From the IMG/VR virus record IMGVR_UViG_3300042558_004043: 64,000 nt of DNA. One strand, given 5' to 3'. Numbering within the stretch: the stretch's first letter is position 1; each line of letters begins with the position of its first letter. Source of the stretch: a virus. Its lineage: Duplodnaviria > Caudoviricetes. Below the pieces are notes generated by a model, which saw only the letters and a list, made by a program, of their open reading frames with translations, had not been told where the DNA came from and ran no database searches. The position numbers and the translations under genes were made by a program. Positions 1 to 10,194 of this stretch are shown here, piece after piece.

Positions 1-2
1 AA

Positions 3-2414
3 TTATGGATTTATAAGAAACCTGCATCAGGAGGCGAATTCTTTAGAGAATATGAAATAATCTCACTATGTCCATGGACGTTTAATCCTACATATGGAGG
101 AGTTAGACCTTATCGTGACATCCCATTTCCACTTGGAATAACAGAACTCGGTAATGGTTTAACATATGCTAGAACGGTTGCTTCCACTAATTACTTAATA
201 GGAAGTCTACCTGGTCTTCCTAATAAAATGGTTGAATTTACAATTAATTCGGTATCTTTGCCATACACATCATCATACTCAATTCTATTTGAGATATCGT
301 CCGCAGTTTTAACTCCTGACAGTGTTTACGGTGATGTAATCTTAACTAGCCCTTCAGCTTTTGGAGGACAGAAAATAATATTCACGAAATACGACCCAAG
401 TCCTCCTGGTACATCTTATCTAACACAATATGATTACGCCGGATTATTTTATGAAATGGACACAAGTCCAATAGGTCAAAATACCCCACCTTTGGCATCA
501 AATAATATTAATCAACCACAAGGTATATTCCAATGGAATGGATTAACATATGTTATTCAACAAAACACGGGCGACGTATACAATATAAATGGTAATATAC
601 CATATAATAGAACTTTGGCGGGAAATGTTGGATATATTGATGTTAGAGGAGCATCACAAACTATAGATTGTTTGGGTAATAATCTAAGTGGAAGTACTCC
701 TTATTTCAGATATACCAATAGATTAACTTTAGCCCCTCCAAGTAATAGATATGTTCAACAAGTAACATTAGTTAGTGGAGATAAAGAGTTTAAAATAAAT
801 TTTGGTGACGGTACTGCAGATGTTGTATTTGGACCGTCTCCCGCAACTATCACAAATGAAACACACGTATATGCGGACTTGAGCCAAACCTATACCGCAT
901 CAACATTTGGATTTAAACTAAACGGTAGCTTCAATCCAAATATTTTTGGTCAAGCCGAAGGAGGATTATCTTTATATTTCCAAAACATATCAGGTATATT
1001 ATCGGGGGATGATGACCCTTACACATTTGGTTCTTTCCCCGGCATTAAAGGTATTAGATTTGACAATTGTACCTTTGAAAATTTAGATGGAGTAGAAACT
1101 TCACCATACTTTAGTAATTTACAATTTGATGGACACGATAACCCATCACTAGAACTAAATACGTTCAACTTAGGGTCTAAAACTAATTTACGTAATTTAT
1201 TTATGATAAATTGTGACATGACCGGATTTTCTCACGACCTAACTTCAACCATATTAGATGATGGTGTAAATGCCTTTCGCTTACTTCAAAACACATCTTT
1301 GGTTGATGTAAATATAGAGCTTCCTTTGACAATAAATAACTCATTTACTTTGGGTTGCTCAACAAGTAATTGTCTATTACAGTCAATTAATACCAACAAT
1401 GGATTTGAAAATTTGACAAACTTAACTTTAATAAATGTTAATAGAAATCAATTAACAGGATGGACGTACAATTTACCTAGTAGTTTAATTACATTTGTTG
1501 CATCATTCAATGCCAGACCAATTACTTTTAGTCCTAATCAGTTTGGCCTTAGAGAATTTAATATTGATTTAACGTCGAATACTCTATTAGAAGAAATTAA
1601 TTTACAAACCAATAGAATTACAGGTATAACAGATACAATTATAAATTGTATTTCTTTAAACGACTTAAATTTAAGTGTTAACCAATTAACTAATCTTCCG
1701 GATTTACCGGATTCAATAACAATTTTAGAGTTAGAATACAACAATTTAGTTGACCCGTTTATTTCCTCACTTCCTAATAATTTAATTACATTACTAGGAA
1801 GTAATAATACATCATTAACCGACTGGACGATACCACTTACAAATACGTCATTAGTTACTTTTAATTTTAACACCTGTAATATTTCCGGTGTTTGGGATAC
1901 TCAATTCCCATCAACAATAAGAACTATTAATTTATCTAGTAATCAAATAACCTCAATGAACATTAATTTAGTTAATGGGGTGACTACATTAAACATAAGC
2001 AATAACTCAACGTTAACAGTGGTTACCAACTTATCTAATAATAATACAATAAAATCACTTGATGTCAGAGATTGCGGATTTACTGACTGGACTGATTTGT
2101 TTACTACTACATTACCGTCATCTTTAACCGCGTTCACATTTAATAATAATAGTATAAGTGGTAGTACATGGCCAACTAATGCATTTACCAATCCGGATAT
2201 TAAAACTGTATCAATGGTTAAGTGTGGTTTGAATACAACTTCGGTTGATAGAATTATTAACGATATTTATATAACAACAACAATAACATCAGGAGGGTCT
2301 TTAAATTTAGGTAACTCAAGCCCAACTGGGGAGCCCAACGAACCCAGAAGTGACGCGAGTGATACCGCTTTCGACTTCCTAAATAGTAACGGTTGGGTTG
2401 TAACACCTCCTTAA
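3..2414 (+). CDS. Leucine-rich-repeat putative virion/adhesion protein, 5'-partial
   Basis: Frame is open from position 3 into the listed ORF at 228, so the true start is outside the window; repeated LxxLxLxxNxL motifs (e.g. LNDLNLSVNQLTNLPDLPDSITILELEYNNL) and a PKD-like INFGDGT motif. Confidence 0.7.
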   Translation, partial: LWIYKKPASGGEFFREYEIISLCPWTFNPTYGGVRPYRDIPFPLGITELGNGLTYARTVASTNYLIGSLPGLPNKMVEFTINSVSLPYTSSYSILFEISSAVLTPDSVYGDVILTSPSAFGGQKIIFTKYDPSPPGTSYLTQYDYAGLFYEMDTSPIGQNTPPLASNNINQPQGIFQWNGLTYVIQQNTGDVYNINGNIPYNRTLAGNVGYIDVRGASQTIDCLGNNLSGSTPYFRYTNRLTLAPPSNRYVQQVTLVSGDKEFKINFGDGTADVVFGPSPATITNETHVYADLSQTYTASTFGFKLNGSFNPNIFGQAEGGLSLYFQNISGILSGDDDPYTFGSFPGIKGIRFDNCTFENLDGVETSPYFSNLQFDGHDNPSLELNTFNLGSKTNLRNLFMINCDMTGFSHDLTSTILDDGVNAFRLLQNTSLVDVNIELPLTINNSFTLGCSTSNCLLQSINTNNGFENLTNLTLINVNRNQLTGWTYNLPSSLITFVASFNARPITFSPNQFGLREFNIDLTSNTLLEEINLQTNRITGITDTIINCISLNDLNLSVNQLTNLPDLPDSITILELEYNNLVDPFISSLPNNLITLLGSNNTSLTDWTIPLTNTSLVTFNFNTCNISGVWDTQFPSTIRTINLSSNQITSMNINLVNGVTTLNISNNSTLTVVTNLSNNNTIKSLDVRDCGFTDWTDLFTTTLPSSLTAFTFNNNSISGSTWPTNAFTNPDIKTVSMVKCGLNTTSVDRIINDIYITTTITSGGSLNLGNSSPTGEPNEPRSDASDTAFDFLNSNGWVVTPP

Positions 2415-2427
2415 AATTAATTTATAG

Positions 2428-3627
2428 ATGCAAAAAATAGAAATTATAGATTTATGCGGTGAACCCCCCTTTAGTGTCATAATCTGTGATTCAACAATAT
2501 CTACATGCTACACAGTTGCAACTGGAGAAACGACAGTTCCTATTATTGTAGATGTTCCTGAAACTTTACAAAATACATTTAAAGTTATTGTAGAAGTCAT
2601 TGATGTTTCAGGATGTTCTGAGTTTAAATTTTATGAAACAGTTTCTATAACACCAACAGTAACTCCAACAAAAACCTTAACCGCAACTCCTGTATTGGGT
2701 TGTAGATGTATAATTTTTGATAATTCATCAAATGAAGATATATACGTTGGATTCAAACAATGTGATGGTTCCGATTTTTACTCACCCATAGCATCTGGCA
2801 CAAGTTATTATGCTTGCGGTTCGAATCCCTATACAACAAACACTGGAGTTACGTTTAATATATATTCTGATTGTATAGGAGGTAGTTGTCCAAGAAATCC
2901 ATTTCCCGTTAGTCCTGACCCTACACCAACGGTAACACCCACATTATCACTAACACAAACACAAACACCAACAGGTTCTGTCACACCAACACCACAATCA
3001 CCAACCCCAACTAAAACATTAACAAGAACTCCAAGGGTTACTAATAGTCCAACTCCGGCACCATTTAAAGCTTATCTTTTTATAGAACCAAATACAGGTT
3101 CAACATTAATTGGAGATTGGATGTATACGGTTAATAGTCAAAATTTCTTCGGATTTAGTAACGGTAGTCAACCAACTCAAAACCAATCAGATTTTAATAA
3201 TGAATTAAATATATATGTTGATTTTTCAGGTTGGACTGCGGGAACTTTTCCTTCGGTAATTACGGCAACTATCCCTAAAACTACAGGTGGTAATGACTCA
3301 TTTGGTAATTCAATAGTTGCAAATAATTTTATAACCACATCAGTTTCGGCAAATACTTTAAATGGTAGTGGGTGGTTTGTATGGATGATTCCAACTGGTG
3401 CAACAAATGGGTTATATCAATCTCAAATTGATTATAGTTTATCAAGTCCAAATCTTTTGACTCCATTATTAATGGAATCGACAATATATAGTTATACATT
3501 CTATTATACAGGTACCACAATACCAAATACTACTTATCGAGTTTATACCACATTTCCTGGAGTAGATTTTAATTTATCAAACGCAGGAACAAATATTTAT
3601 TTTAGAGGTAACTCATTAAGTTCATAG
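2428..3627 (+). CDS. Thr/Pro-rich (mucin-like) putative virion protein with Cys-containing domains
   Basis: TPTVTPTKTLTATP and PDPTPTVTPTLSLTQTQTPT...SPTPAP tracts; located in the fibre gene cluster. Confidence 0.65.
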   Translation: MQKIEIIDLCGEPPFSVIICDSTISTCYTVATGETTVPIIVDVPETLQNTFKVIVEVIDVSGCSEFKFYETVSITPTVTPTKTLTATPVLGCRCIIFDNSSNEDIYVGFKQCDGSDFYSPIASGTSYYACGSNPYTTNTGVTFNIYSDCIGGSCPRNPFPVSPDPTPTVTPTLSLTQTQTPTGSVTPTPQSPTPTKTLTRTPRVTNSPTPAPFKAYLFIEPNTGSTLIGDWMYTVNSQNFFGFSNGSQPTQNQSDFNNELNIYVDFSGWTAGTFPSVITATIPKTTGGNDSFGNSIVANNFITTSVSANTLNGSGWFVWMIPTGATNGLYQSQIDYSLSSPNLLTPLLMESTIYSYTFYYTGTTIPNTTYRVYTTFPGVDFNLSNAGTNIYFRGNSLSS

Positions 3628-3628
3628 T

Positions 3629-4930
3629 ATGTCAAATTCTTTTAAACTTCCAATATCACCCGAACAATTAAACGGAATTCAATCCGTTTCAAGAACTGAG
3701 GTTTTTGGTACAAACTATTCTGTATTAGGTATTGGTGGTTATATGGAAGTATATAACATTTCGGATTTAACATTTGAAATACCTTCAGGTGTAACTGGTA
3801 CTATAAGTCTGAGTTCCAATACAATACCAATTAATTTTATAAAAGGTAGTGGGCCCGCATATTCTCCTGATATTCTTGTTATGGGTTCTGACAATCTATC
3901 TTCAGGTAGAAGAAGATTGGGTATGTTGGCTTATGTGTATGAGACTGACCAAATCTACCAATATCGTATAGATAATTATGATACTCTATGGGCCGCGGCA
4001 ACAGGTGCTACAGGAGTTGGTGGTGATACGGTTGTTATGTCCGATTTTGGCACTACGGTAAAAAACAATTCCGTTGCCGGTCAAAACTTTATAAACGCGT
4101 GGACTGCAAATACTATAGAGGATGTAAGTGGTGAGACTAGTGTTACTGCCGTATGGAAAAAACTCGTAACCGGTGGCGGAGGTTCAACAGGACTGACCCC
4201 AAGTGATTATGTAGTACAAGGTAAGTTAAGTGCCAACCAATCAATCTCTGCAAATACAGATGTAATTATACAATTTGTAGATGACTTTGACCCACAAAAT
4301 TGGTGGAATGCGTCTACTTATCAACTCACTCCGACTATTGCAGGATATTATAATATTTTTGTTGGGGTATGGCTTGATAATCCGGGTGTAACAAATAATC
4401 AAGCAAATATTCAGGTTAGAAAAAATGGTAATTCATTTGTAATTGTACAAAATCCATTAAACAATGTAACGGGTCAAGCATTCGAGGCCAGTAAAATTGT
4501 CTATTTGAATGGTACTACAGATTATATCGAATTTACAATCTTTCAAGGCTCAACAGGAAGTGTCAATATATTACAAGGAACTGCCAATGGTTCGGGAACT
4601 TGGTTTTCCGCATCACTAATTGTCGGTGGAAACTCGGCGTTTACCGGAGGAGGAACAACGAACTACATTTCAAAATGGACAAGTTCTTCCAGTTTAGGAA
4701 ACAGTCAAATTTTTGATAACGGAACTTCTGTGGGTTTTGGGACATCCTCACCTAGTTCTAGTTCAATAGTTGATTTGACATCATCGTCTAAAGGATTTTT
4801 ACCTCCAAGAATGACGGAGTCTCAACGCAACGCAATATCAAGTCCAACAATTGGATTAATGGTTTATCAAACTAACGGAAGTGATGGAGTTTATGTATAT
4901 AAAGCTTCAGGGTGGGTCCAAATGATATAA
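3629..4930 (+). CDS. Tail fibre/decoration protein with C1q/TNF-like beta-sandwich domain
   Basis: QFVDDFDPQNWWNASTYQLTPTIAGYYNI...VRKNG...YLNGTTDYIEF...FSASLI fits the gC1q-like pattern; C-terminal GFLPPRMTESQRNAISSPTIGLMVYQT module. Confidence 0.65.
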   Translation: MSNSFKLPISPEQLNGIQSVSRTEVFGTNYSVLGIGGYMEVYNISDLTFEIPSGVTGTISLSSNTIPINFIKGSGPAYSPDILVMGSDNLSSGRRRLGMLAYVYETDQIYQYRIDNYDTLWAAATGATGVGGDTVVMSDFGTTVKNNSVAGQNFINAWTANTIEDVSGETSVTAVWKKLVTGGGGSTGLTPSDYVVQGKLSANQSISANTDVIIQFVDDFDPQNWWNASTYQLTPTIAGYYNIFVGVWLDNPGVTNNQANIQVRKNGNSFVIVQNPLNNVTGQAFEASKIVYLNGTTDYIEFTIFQGSTGSVNILQGTANGSGTWFSASLIVGGNSAFTGGGTTNYISKWTSSSSLGNSQIFDNGTSVGFGTSSPSSSSIVDLTSSSKGFLPPRMTESQRNAISSPTIGLMVYQTNGSDGVYVYKASGWVQMI

Positions 4931-5392
4931 TTACAGACCTCTCAATCTATTAAGAATATCCTGTTTTGTGAGTTCAACTTTACCTGTTGATTGAGTTTTC
5001 TTAACTTCAACAATCTTTGGTTTTACAGGTTCTTCTTTTTGTTCGGCAACAACGACATTAACTTTTGGTTTGTCTTCAACTTGCTCAGCAACAACAACAT
5101 TAACTTTCTTGTTTGTTTTAACATTAAAGTCAGAAGCCCAAGGTTCAAAATACACATCGTCAGCAATAACTTCCAATCTCATATTACCTTTTGTACCTTC
5201 AGGTAAAAAATGTTTTGTTTTAGGAATATTAACTTCACAAATACCTGTATTTTCTATTGAACCGTTAAACATGTAAGACATTTCATCAGTTTCAATAACT
5301 AATCTAACTTTAGACTTAGATAGTGAAGTTCCTTCAATTTCAATATTACAATTGAATTTGTTTGCTTTATCTGTGTATAAATTGTATGCCAT
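4931..5392 (-). CDS. Hypothetical phage protein (beta-rich N-terminus, Lys/Glu/Val-rich tail)
   Basis: 153 aa ORF with ATG start filling the gap; TATTTAT motif just upstream on the minus strand. Confidence 0.6.
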   Translation of the reverse strand: MAYNLYTDKANKFNCNIEIEGTSLSKSKVRLVIETDEMSYMFNGSIENTGICEVNIPKTKHFLPEGTKGNMRLEVIADDVYFEPWASDFNVKTNKKVNVVVAEQVEDKPKVNVVVAEQKEEPVKPKIVEVKKTQSTGKVELTKQDILNRLRGL

Positions 5393-5409
5393 ATCTCATA
5401 AATATATCG

Positions 5410-5742
5410 TTAATCTATATTTTTCACATTGACATTTATAAATCTTTGTTCTTTCATTATAACCTCAACATCCTTTAATCTTATTTTCACTTGTTTGTTT
5501 TTTCCTTTTGTCATTTCTTTTTCAATCACAATTTCATCCACCTCAAGTCTTAGGAATAAATTTATAAGAGTTTCTTTTTCATCTTTATCTAATTCCTTTA
5601 TTTTTTGACGAAACCGACGTATGGACTGCATACCCCCAGCACCTTGAACCAATTTTTCAATAACGCAACCTTCTTTCCAAGTGAAAGGTGTTTCATTCCA
5701 AGGAAATGGTGTATCATCCCATGCGTAACAAACGAGTGCCAT
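5410..5742 (-). CDS. Hypothetical phage protein
   Basis: Start reassigned to ATG at 5742 (MALVCYAWDDTPFPW); the longer listed ORF overlaps the divergent gene at 5781. Confidence 0.55.
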   Translation of the reverse strand: MALVCYAWDDTPFPWNETPFTWKEGCVIEKLVQGAGGMQSIRRFRQKIKELDKDEKETLINLFLRLEVDEIVIEKEMTKGKNKQVKIRLKDVEVIMKEQRFINVNVKNID

Positions 5743-5780
5743 ACTATTTATAAGTAGTATATTTTTAATAAAATTAAAGG

Positions 5781-6767
5781 ATGTCCGATATATCAAATCA
5801 ATTAATAAAGGATTCGTACAATTATGTTCTTCAATCTGACCTATCAAGTGGAACGGTATATCGTATAGGAGGAACGATACCTGTCAACCCAAAGTTTTTA
5901 TCCGGTTTGACGGTTATGGAAAAGTTCGTCTATTCTGACGGAACTGAACAACCAAATTATGCATTGTTAACTGATGGTACGGGTCTTGCGTTTTGGGGGC
6001 CAATATCTGCCTCCACTCCATCTTCAGGTGTGACAAGTGTGACCGCAGGGTTTGGTTTATCGGGTGATGTTACAACAGGTGCGGTTACAATAATTAATAC
6101 CGCTCCTGATAGAACGGTAACCATTACAGGGGGAACAAGTATTCAAATTACAGGAACTTATCCCGACTTTGGTGTAAATTATACAGGTACAACTACAATA
6201 CAAGGTATAACAGGAATAACTGGAACTAGTGGAGTATCAGCAAGCACAACTGACTATGGTACAACAATAATTAACACTGCTCCTGACCAAACTGTAACAA
6301 TATCAGGTGGGACAGGAATTACAACAGGAGGAACATATCCAAACTTTACATTAGTTAATTCGGCACCTGACAGGACAGTTACAATTACAGGTGGAACCAA
6401 TATTCAAATTACAGGAACATATCCTGATTTCGGCGTAAACTTTACGGGAACAACAACAGGGGGAACCGTTAGCGGTGATTATCTTCCATTAAGTGGGGGA
6501 ACTGTAACAGGGGGAACAATATTCCAAAGCGGATTAACAGCAAATACATTTTATTCTTCAGGTCAAATTGGTATTGGAACATCCAATCCAAACGCCGCGG
6601 CAATCATAGAAATTGCATCAACAACTCAAGGTGTTTTATTTCCAAGAATGACAAAGGTTCAAAGGGATGCAATATTAAATCCTCCTATTGGACTTATACT
6701 TTTTGTAACTGACGATAATGAAGGTTTGTATATTTATAAAACAAGTGGATGGGTTCAAATAATTTAA
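5781..6767 (+). CDS. Tail fibre-like protein with internal ~31 aa repeats
   Basis: Three NT/SAPDxTVTIxGGT...TYP copies; C-terminal PRMTxxQRxAI module shared with 3629..4930. Confidence 0.65.
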   Translation: MSDISNQLIKDSYNYVLQSDLSSGTVYRIGGTIPVNPKFLSGLTVMEKFVYSDGTEQPNYALLTDGTGLAFWGPISASTPSSGVTSVTAGFGLSGDVTTGAVTIINTAPDRTVTITGGTSIQITGTYPDFGVNYTGTTTIQGITGITGTSGVSASTTDYGTTIINTAPDQTVTISGGTGITTGGTYPNFTLVNSAPDRTVTITGGTNIQITGTYPDFGVNFTGTTTGGTVSGDYLPLSGGTVTGGTIFQSGLTANTFYSSGQIGIGTSNPNAAAIIEIASTTQGVLFPRMTKVQRDAILNPPIGLILFVTDDNEGLYIYKTSGWVQII

Positions 6768-6770
6768 GAA

Positions 6771-7625
6771 ATGGCAAATAACGGAATATATTATAGTTCG
6801 GGTAATAGTTTAAATTTTACAACAAATTTAACGACCTGGGCAACACTAACAAGTGGTGGAACATTCGTTATTAACACAGTGTCAGGAGGAACCTATTTAA
6901 ATTTACCATCATCAACATTCACAGGAGGTACGGTTACTGGCTCAACTAATTTTACAAATGGTTTAACCGCAAATACAATATCCGCCGCAACTTATTTTAA
7001 TTTACCTGTTAGTGCGGTAACAAACGGAACAGGAATATCGGCTTCAACAACCAATGGAAACGTAACGATTACAAATACATTACCCGACCAAACAGTTACA
7101 ATTACAGGTGGTACAAATATTCAAATTATAAGTAGTTACCCCAATTTTGGAATTAATTTTACAGGAGCTACAAGTGGAGGTTTGGAATATTTTGTAACCG
7201 GAGCAACTCCAACGGCAACACAAAGTGGAGATAGATGGTTTAATACCGATACAGGTGTTGAACTTGTTTGGATTGAGGATGGAGATTCGAATCAGTGGGT
7301 TCAACCATTTTCAGTACCGGGTCCACTTTCACCTGATGTTGGTTATTATGCGATAACAGGTATAACAACAGGACAAACATTAACTTGGGATAAAACATAT
7401 TGGGGAATTAGTGGGTCATCAAATGTTAATTTGACTTTACCTACCACAACAAGTAAAGATGGGTATTATTTAATTGTAAAAGACGAAGCCGGAATTTGCG
7501 GTACTTATAGAATAAGAATAACTCCAGATTCTGGTTTAATTGATGGAAATAATTACATTGATATGAACATAAACTATATGTCTTTAACATTAATGGTTAG
7601 GGGCGGAAATTGGTATTTAATATGA
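6771..7625 (+). CDS. Tail fibre-like protein
   Basis: Gly/Thr-rich, fourth copy of the PDQTVTITGGT repeat, GDRWFNTDTG motif, C-terminal IVKDEAG...IDG...W domain typical of phage fibres. Confidence 0.6.
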   Translation: MANNGIYYSSGNSLNFTTNLTTWATLTSGGTFVINTVSGGTYLNLPSSTFTGGTVTGSTNFTNGLTANTISAATYFNLPVSAVTNGTGISASTTNGNVTITNTLPDQTVTITGGTNIQIISSYPNFGINFTGATSGGLEYFVTGATPTATQSGDRWFNTDTGVELVWIEDGDSNQWVQPFSVPGPLSPDVGYYAITGITTGQTLTWDKTYWGISGSSNVNLTLPTTTSKDGYYLIVKDEAGICGTYRIRITPDSGLIDGNNYIDMNINYMSLTLMVRGGNWYLI

Positions 7626-8836
7626 GTTTTATATATAACAATGCGGTAAAATATTCTGATAGTCCTAATATTGACGCTTTCGGTAGATTAAGAACCGCCG
7701 CTGTACAAAATCTATTGGACATTAAACATGTTTATGACAAAAATCCATTACAGGTTAATGAAGTAACCGCAGGAACCGCAACATCCGTGTTTAGTCAAGA
7801 ATACGCCAGAGTTAGAATGTCAACTTCGGCGAACAATGACTTAGTAATTAGACAAACAAAAACACATCCAATATACCAACCTGGAAAAAGCCAGTTATTT
7901 GAGGGGAGTTTTTCAAATTTTCAATTAGAGACAAATGTAATAAAAAGAGTTGGGTGTTTTACTAGCACAAGTGCGTCAACCTATAACTCAGTTTTTGATG
8001 GATTCTTTTTAGAAAGTAACGGAGTATCAAATACAATAAGCTTTCAAATATGGAGGTCAGGCACAACAATATTTACAGCGGCAACCACATCTTGGGTTAC
8101 AAATGAGTTTGACCCGGCAAATCTTGTATGGTCAAACACTCAATTAATTACTGTTGATTATCAATGGTTAGGGGTTGGAAGAATGAGATTTGGAATTGCC
8201 TTATCGGGTCAAACAATTTATTTCACTGACCATAATTGTTCTAATAATGAAAGTTTGGTTTATATGTCATCACCAAACCAACCTATACGATATGAAATAC
8301 GTCAAGTTGGTGCGGGTTCAGGTAGTTTTGATATGTTATGTAGTCAGGTATCAACTGAGGGAGCTTTAAATGGATTATACAGTACGGTTGGGGTTATTCA
8401 CTCATCAACCGCTACTTTATCAACCGAAGGAACAAAATACCCATATATCGGGTATAGATTAAAACAATCATATAAGTCAGTTACATCACAATATAGTAGT
8501 TTAAGTATTCTAAATACGTCAAATGATAATTATTTAGTAACTATTGAGTACAATCCAACTTTGTCCGCAACTCCAACTTGGACTGATATTCCTAACTCAC
8601 CATTTCAATATTCACTTGGAACCGGTGCAACTACAGTAACATCTTCAGGTCATATTATGTCTTCATTAATTGGAGAAGCCGGTACATCGGCATTAACAAC
8701 AATAAAAGTAGATGATAACCAAATAAGAGTCGGTTCGAATATTAATGGAACTTTAGATGAAATGTGGGTTTGTATAACTCCTTTAGGTGCTAACGCAACC
8801 TTTTTAGGAACCGCTGAAATATTATATTATTTATAA
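7622..8836 (+). CDS. Conserved phage structural protein (beta-rich, possibly lectin-like)
   Basis: N-terminal DAFGRLR motif common in aquatic phage virion proteins; ATGA overlap with the upstream stop. Confidence 0.55.
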   Translation: MSFIYNNAVKYSDSPNIDAFGRLRTAAVQNLLDIKHVYDKNPLQVNEVTAGTATSVFSQEYARVRMSTSANNDLVIRQTKTHPIYQPGKSQLFEGSFSNFQLETNVIKRVGCFTSTSASTYNSVFDGFFLESNGVSNTISFQIWRSGTTIFTAATTSWVTNEFDPANLVWSNTQLITVDYQWLGVGRMRFGIALSGQTIYFTDHNCSNNESLVYMSSPNQPIRYEIRQVGAGSGSFDMLCSQVSTEGALNGLYSTVGVIHSSTATLSTEGTKYPYIGYRLKQSYKSVTSQYSSLSILNTSNDNYLVTIEYNPTLSATPTWTDIPNSPFQYSLGTGATTVTSSGHIMSSLIGEAGTSALTTIKVDDNQIRVGSNINGTLDEMWVCITPLGANATFLGTAEILYYL

Positions 8837-8846
8837 ATAAAAGATT

Positions 8847-9581
8847 ATGCCAATTAATTTTCCAAATAGTCCGTCACCAAGTCAGTTATACACTTACGAT
8901 AATAAAACGTGGGAATGGAATGGTATATATTGGGAGGTATACTCAGGACTTACTAGTTATGTATCAGGTGCTGGAACAACAAACTATGTTCCAAAATGGA
9001 CAGGGTCAACAGGTTTAGGTAATTCACAATTACAAGATGATGGCTCACAAGTTTATACTAATCAAGGTTATGGTAGTCCTTTAACAGGTAATCTTTCTAT
9101 AAACGCAAGTGGGACAACAGGTATTGCGGGTAGAGCAACTCAATATGGTATTTATGGTACAATTAGTGGCTCGACCGCAGGTGCTTCGGCAATCTATGGA
9201 GAAGCCTCCAAAAGTCAATACGGAGTGTACGGACTAAACCAGGGTGATTCCGCAGGTGAATATATTGGAGTTTATGGGAGAGGACAACAATCGGATTCTG
9301 GTCTTGCGGGAACTGTGTATATTGGGGGTAAATTCTATGGAGATAACGGAACAGGAGGAGGATACTCAGTCCAACTACAAGACGGAACAGAGGGGGTTGG
9401 AAAGGTTTTAGTTTCACAAACTTCAGATGGTAAAGCAAATTGGAACACATTTAGTGGTATTAATATAACCATAACATCCGCAGCGACAAATACACTTGTG
9501 TTTAGTGCTGCCACAGGAGGAGGTGGAGGAGCATCTCTCGGAACTGTTTACACTACAGCAAATAATTTTAACTTTTTATAA
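8847..9581 (+). CDS. Tail fibre-like protein
   Basis: MPINFPNSP...TWEWNG N-terminus; GTTNYVPKWTGSTGLGNSQ module shared with 3629..4930; GVYG repeats. Confidence 0.6.
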   Translation: MPINFPNSPSPSQLYTYDNKTWEWNGIYWEVYSGLTSYVSGAGTTNYVPKWTGSTGLGNSQLQDDGSQVYTNQGYGSPLTGNLSINASGTTGIAGRATQYGIYGTISGSTAGASAIYGEASKSQYGVYGLNQGDSAGEYIGVYGRGQQSDSGLAGTVYIGGKFYGDNGTGGGYSVQLQDGTEGVGKVLVSQTSDGKANWNTFSGINITITSAATNTLVFSAATGGGGGASLGTVYTTANNFNFL

Positions 9582-9593
9582 AAAAATAATATC

Positions 9594-10010
9594 ATGCCAG
9601 CAAATACTTCGCCAATTTTTTCAATAGCGGGAGACGCTCAATGGAGCAGTGGAGCAATCACCGCAGCTAACACAACAACTGATTTAACCTCAGGAACAAT
9701 ATATGCAATTTTCACAGGAGGAACAAACGGAAGTTATATCCAAAGAATACGATTCAGACATTTGGGAACAAATATTGCAACCGTAGCTCGTGTTTGGATT
9801 AATAATGGTTCAACAACAGGAACTGCGGCAAACAACACTCTTTGGGATGAAATCACTTTGGCAGCAAATACTCTTTCACAAACTGCGGCGGCAATAAACT
9901 ATGAATTACCATTTGGTTTTGCATTACCTACCGGATATGTAATTTATGTTACATTAGGTACAGCCGTTGCGGCAGGATTCAAAGCAACAATTATAGGAGG
10001 AGACTACTAA
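9594..10010 (+). CDS. Small fibre-associated protein
   Basis: 138 aa Ala/Thr-rich ORF, TAATG-coupled to the next gene. Confidence 0.55.
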   Translation: MPANTSPIFSIAGDAQWSSGAITAANTTTDLTSGTIYAIFTGGTNGSYIQRIRFRHLGTNIATVARVWINNGSTTGTAANNTLWDEITLAANTLSQTAAAINYELPFGFALPTGYVIYVTLGTAVAAGFKATIIGGDY

Positions 10011-10192
10011 TGATTTACTATAAAATAGAATTTGATTATGGTTCACCTGTATTAGAAGGTTACCAAGAAATATATGAAGGTTATGTTCAAAGATTAACTG
10101 ATTTGGATGGTAATACTTTAGAACTTGTAGATAACTACGGATACTTTATAACGGATACAAATCCCCCATTTCCATCTTGGGGTACTCCTTAA
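10010..10192 (+). CDS. Small hypothetical protein (possible fibre adaptor/chaperone)
   Basis: 60 aa ORF tightly coupled between neighbours. Confidence 0.5.
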   Translation: MIYYKIEFDYGSPVLEGYQEIYEGYVQRLTDLDGNTLELVDNYGYFITDTNPPFPSWGTP

Positions 10193-10194
10193 TT

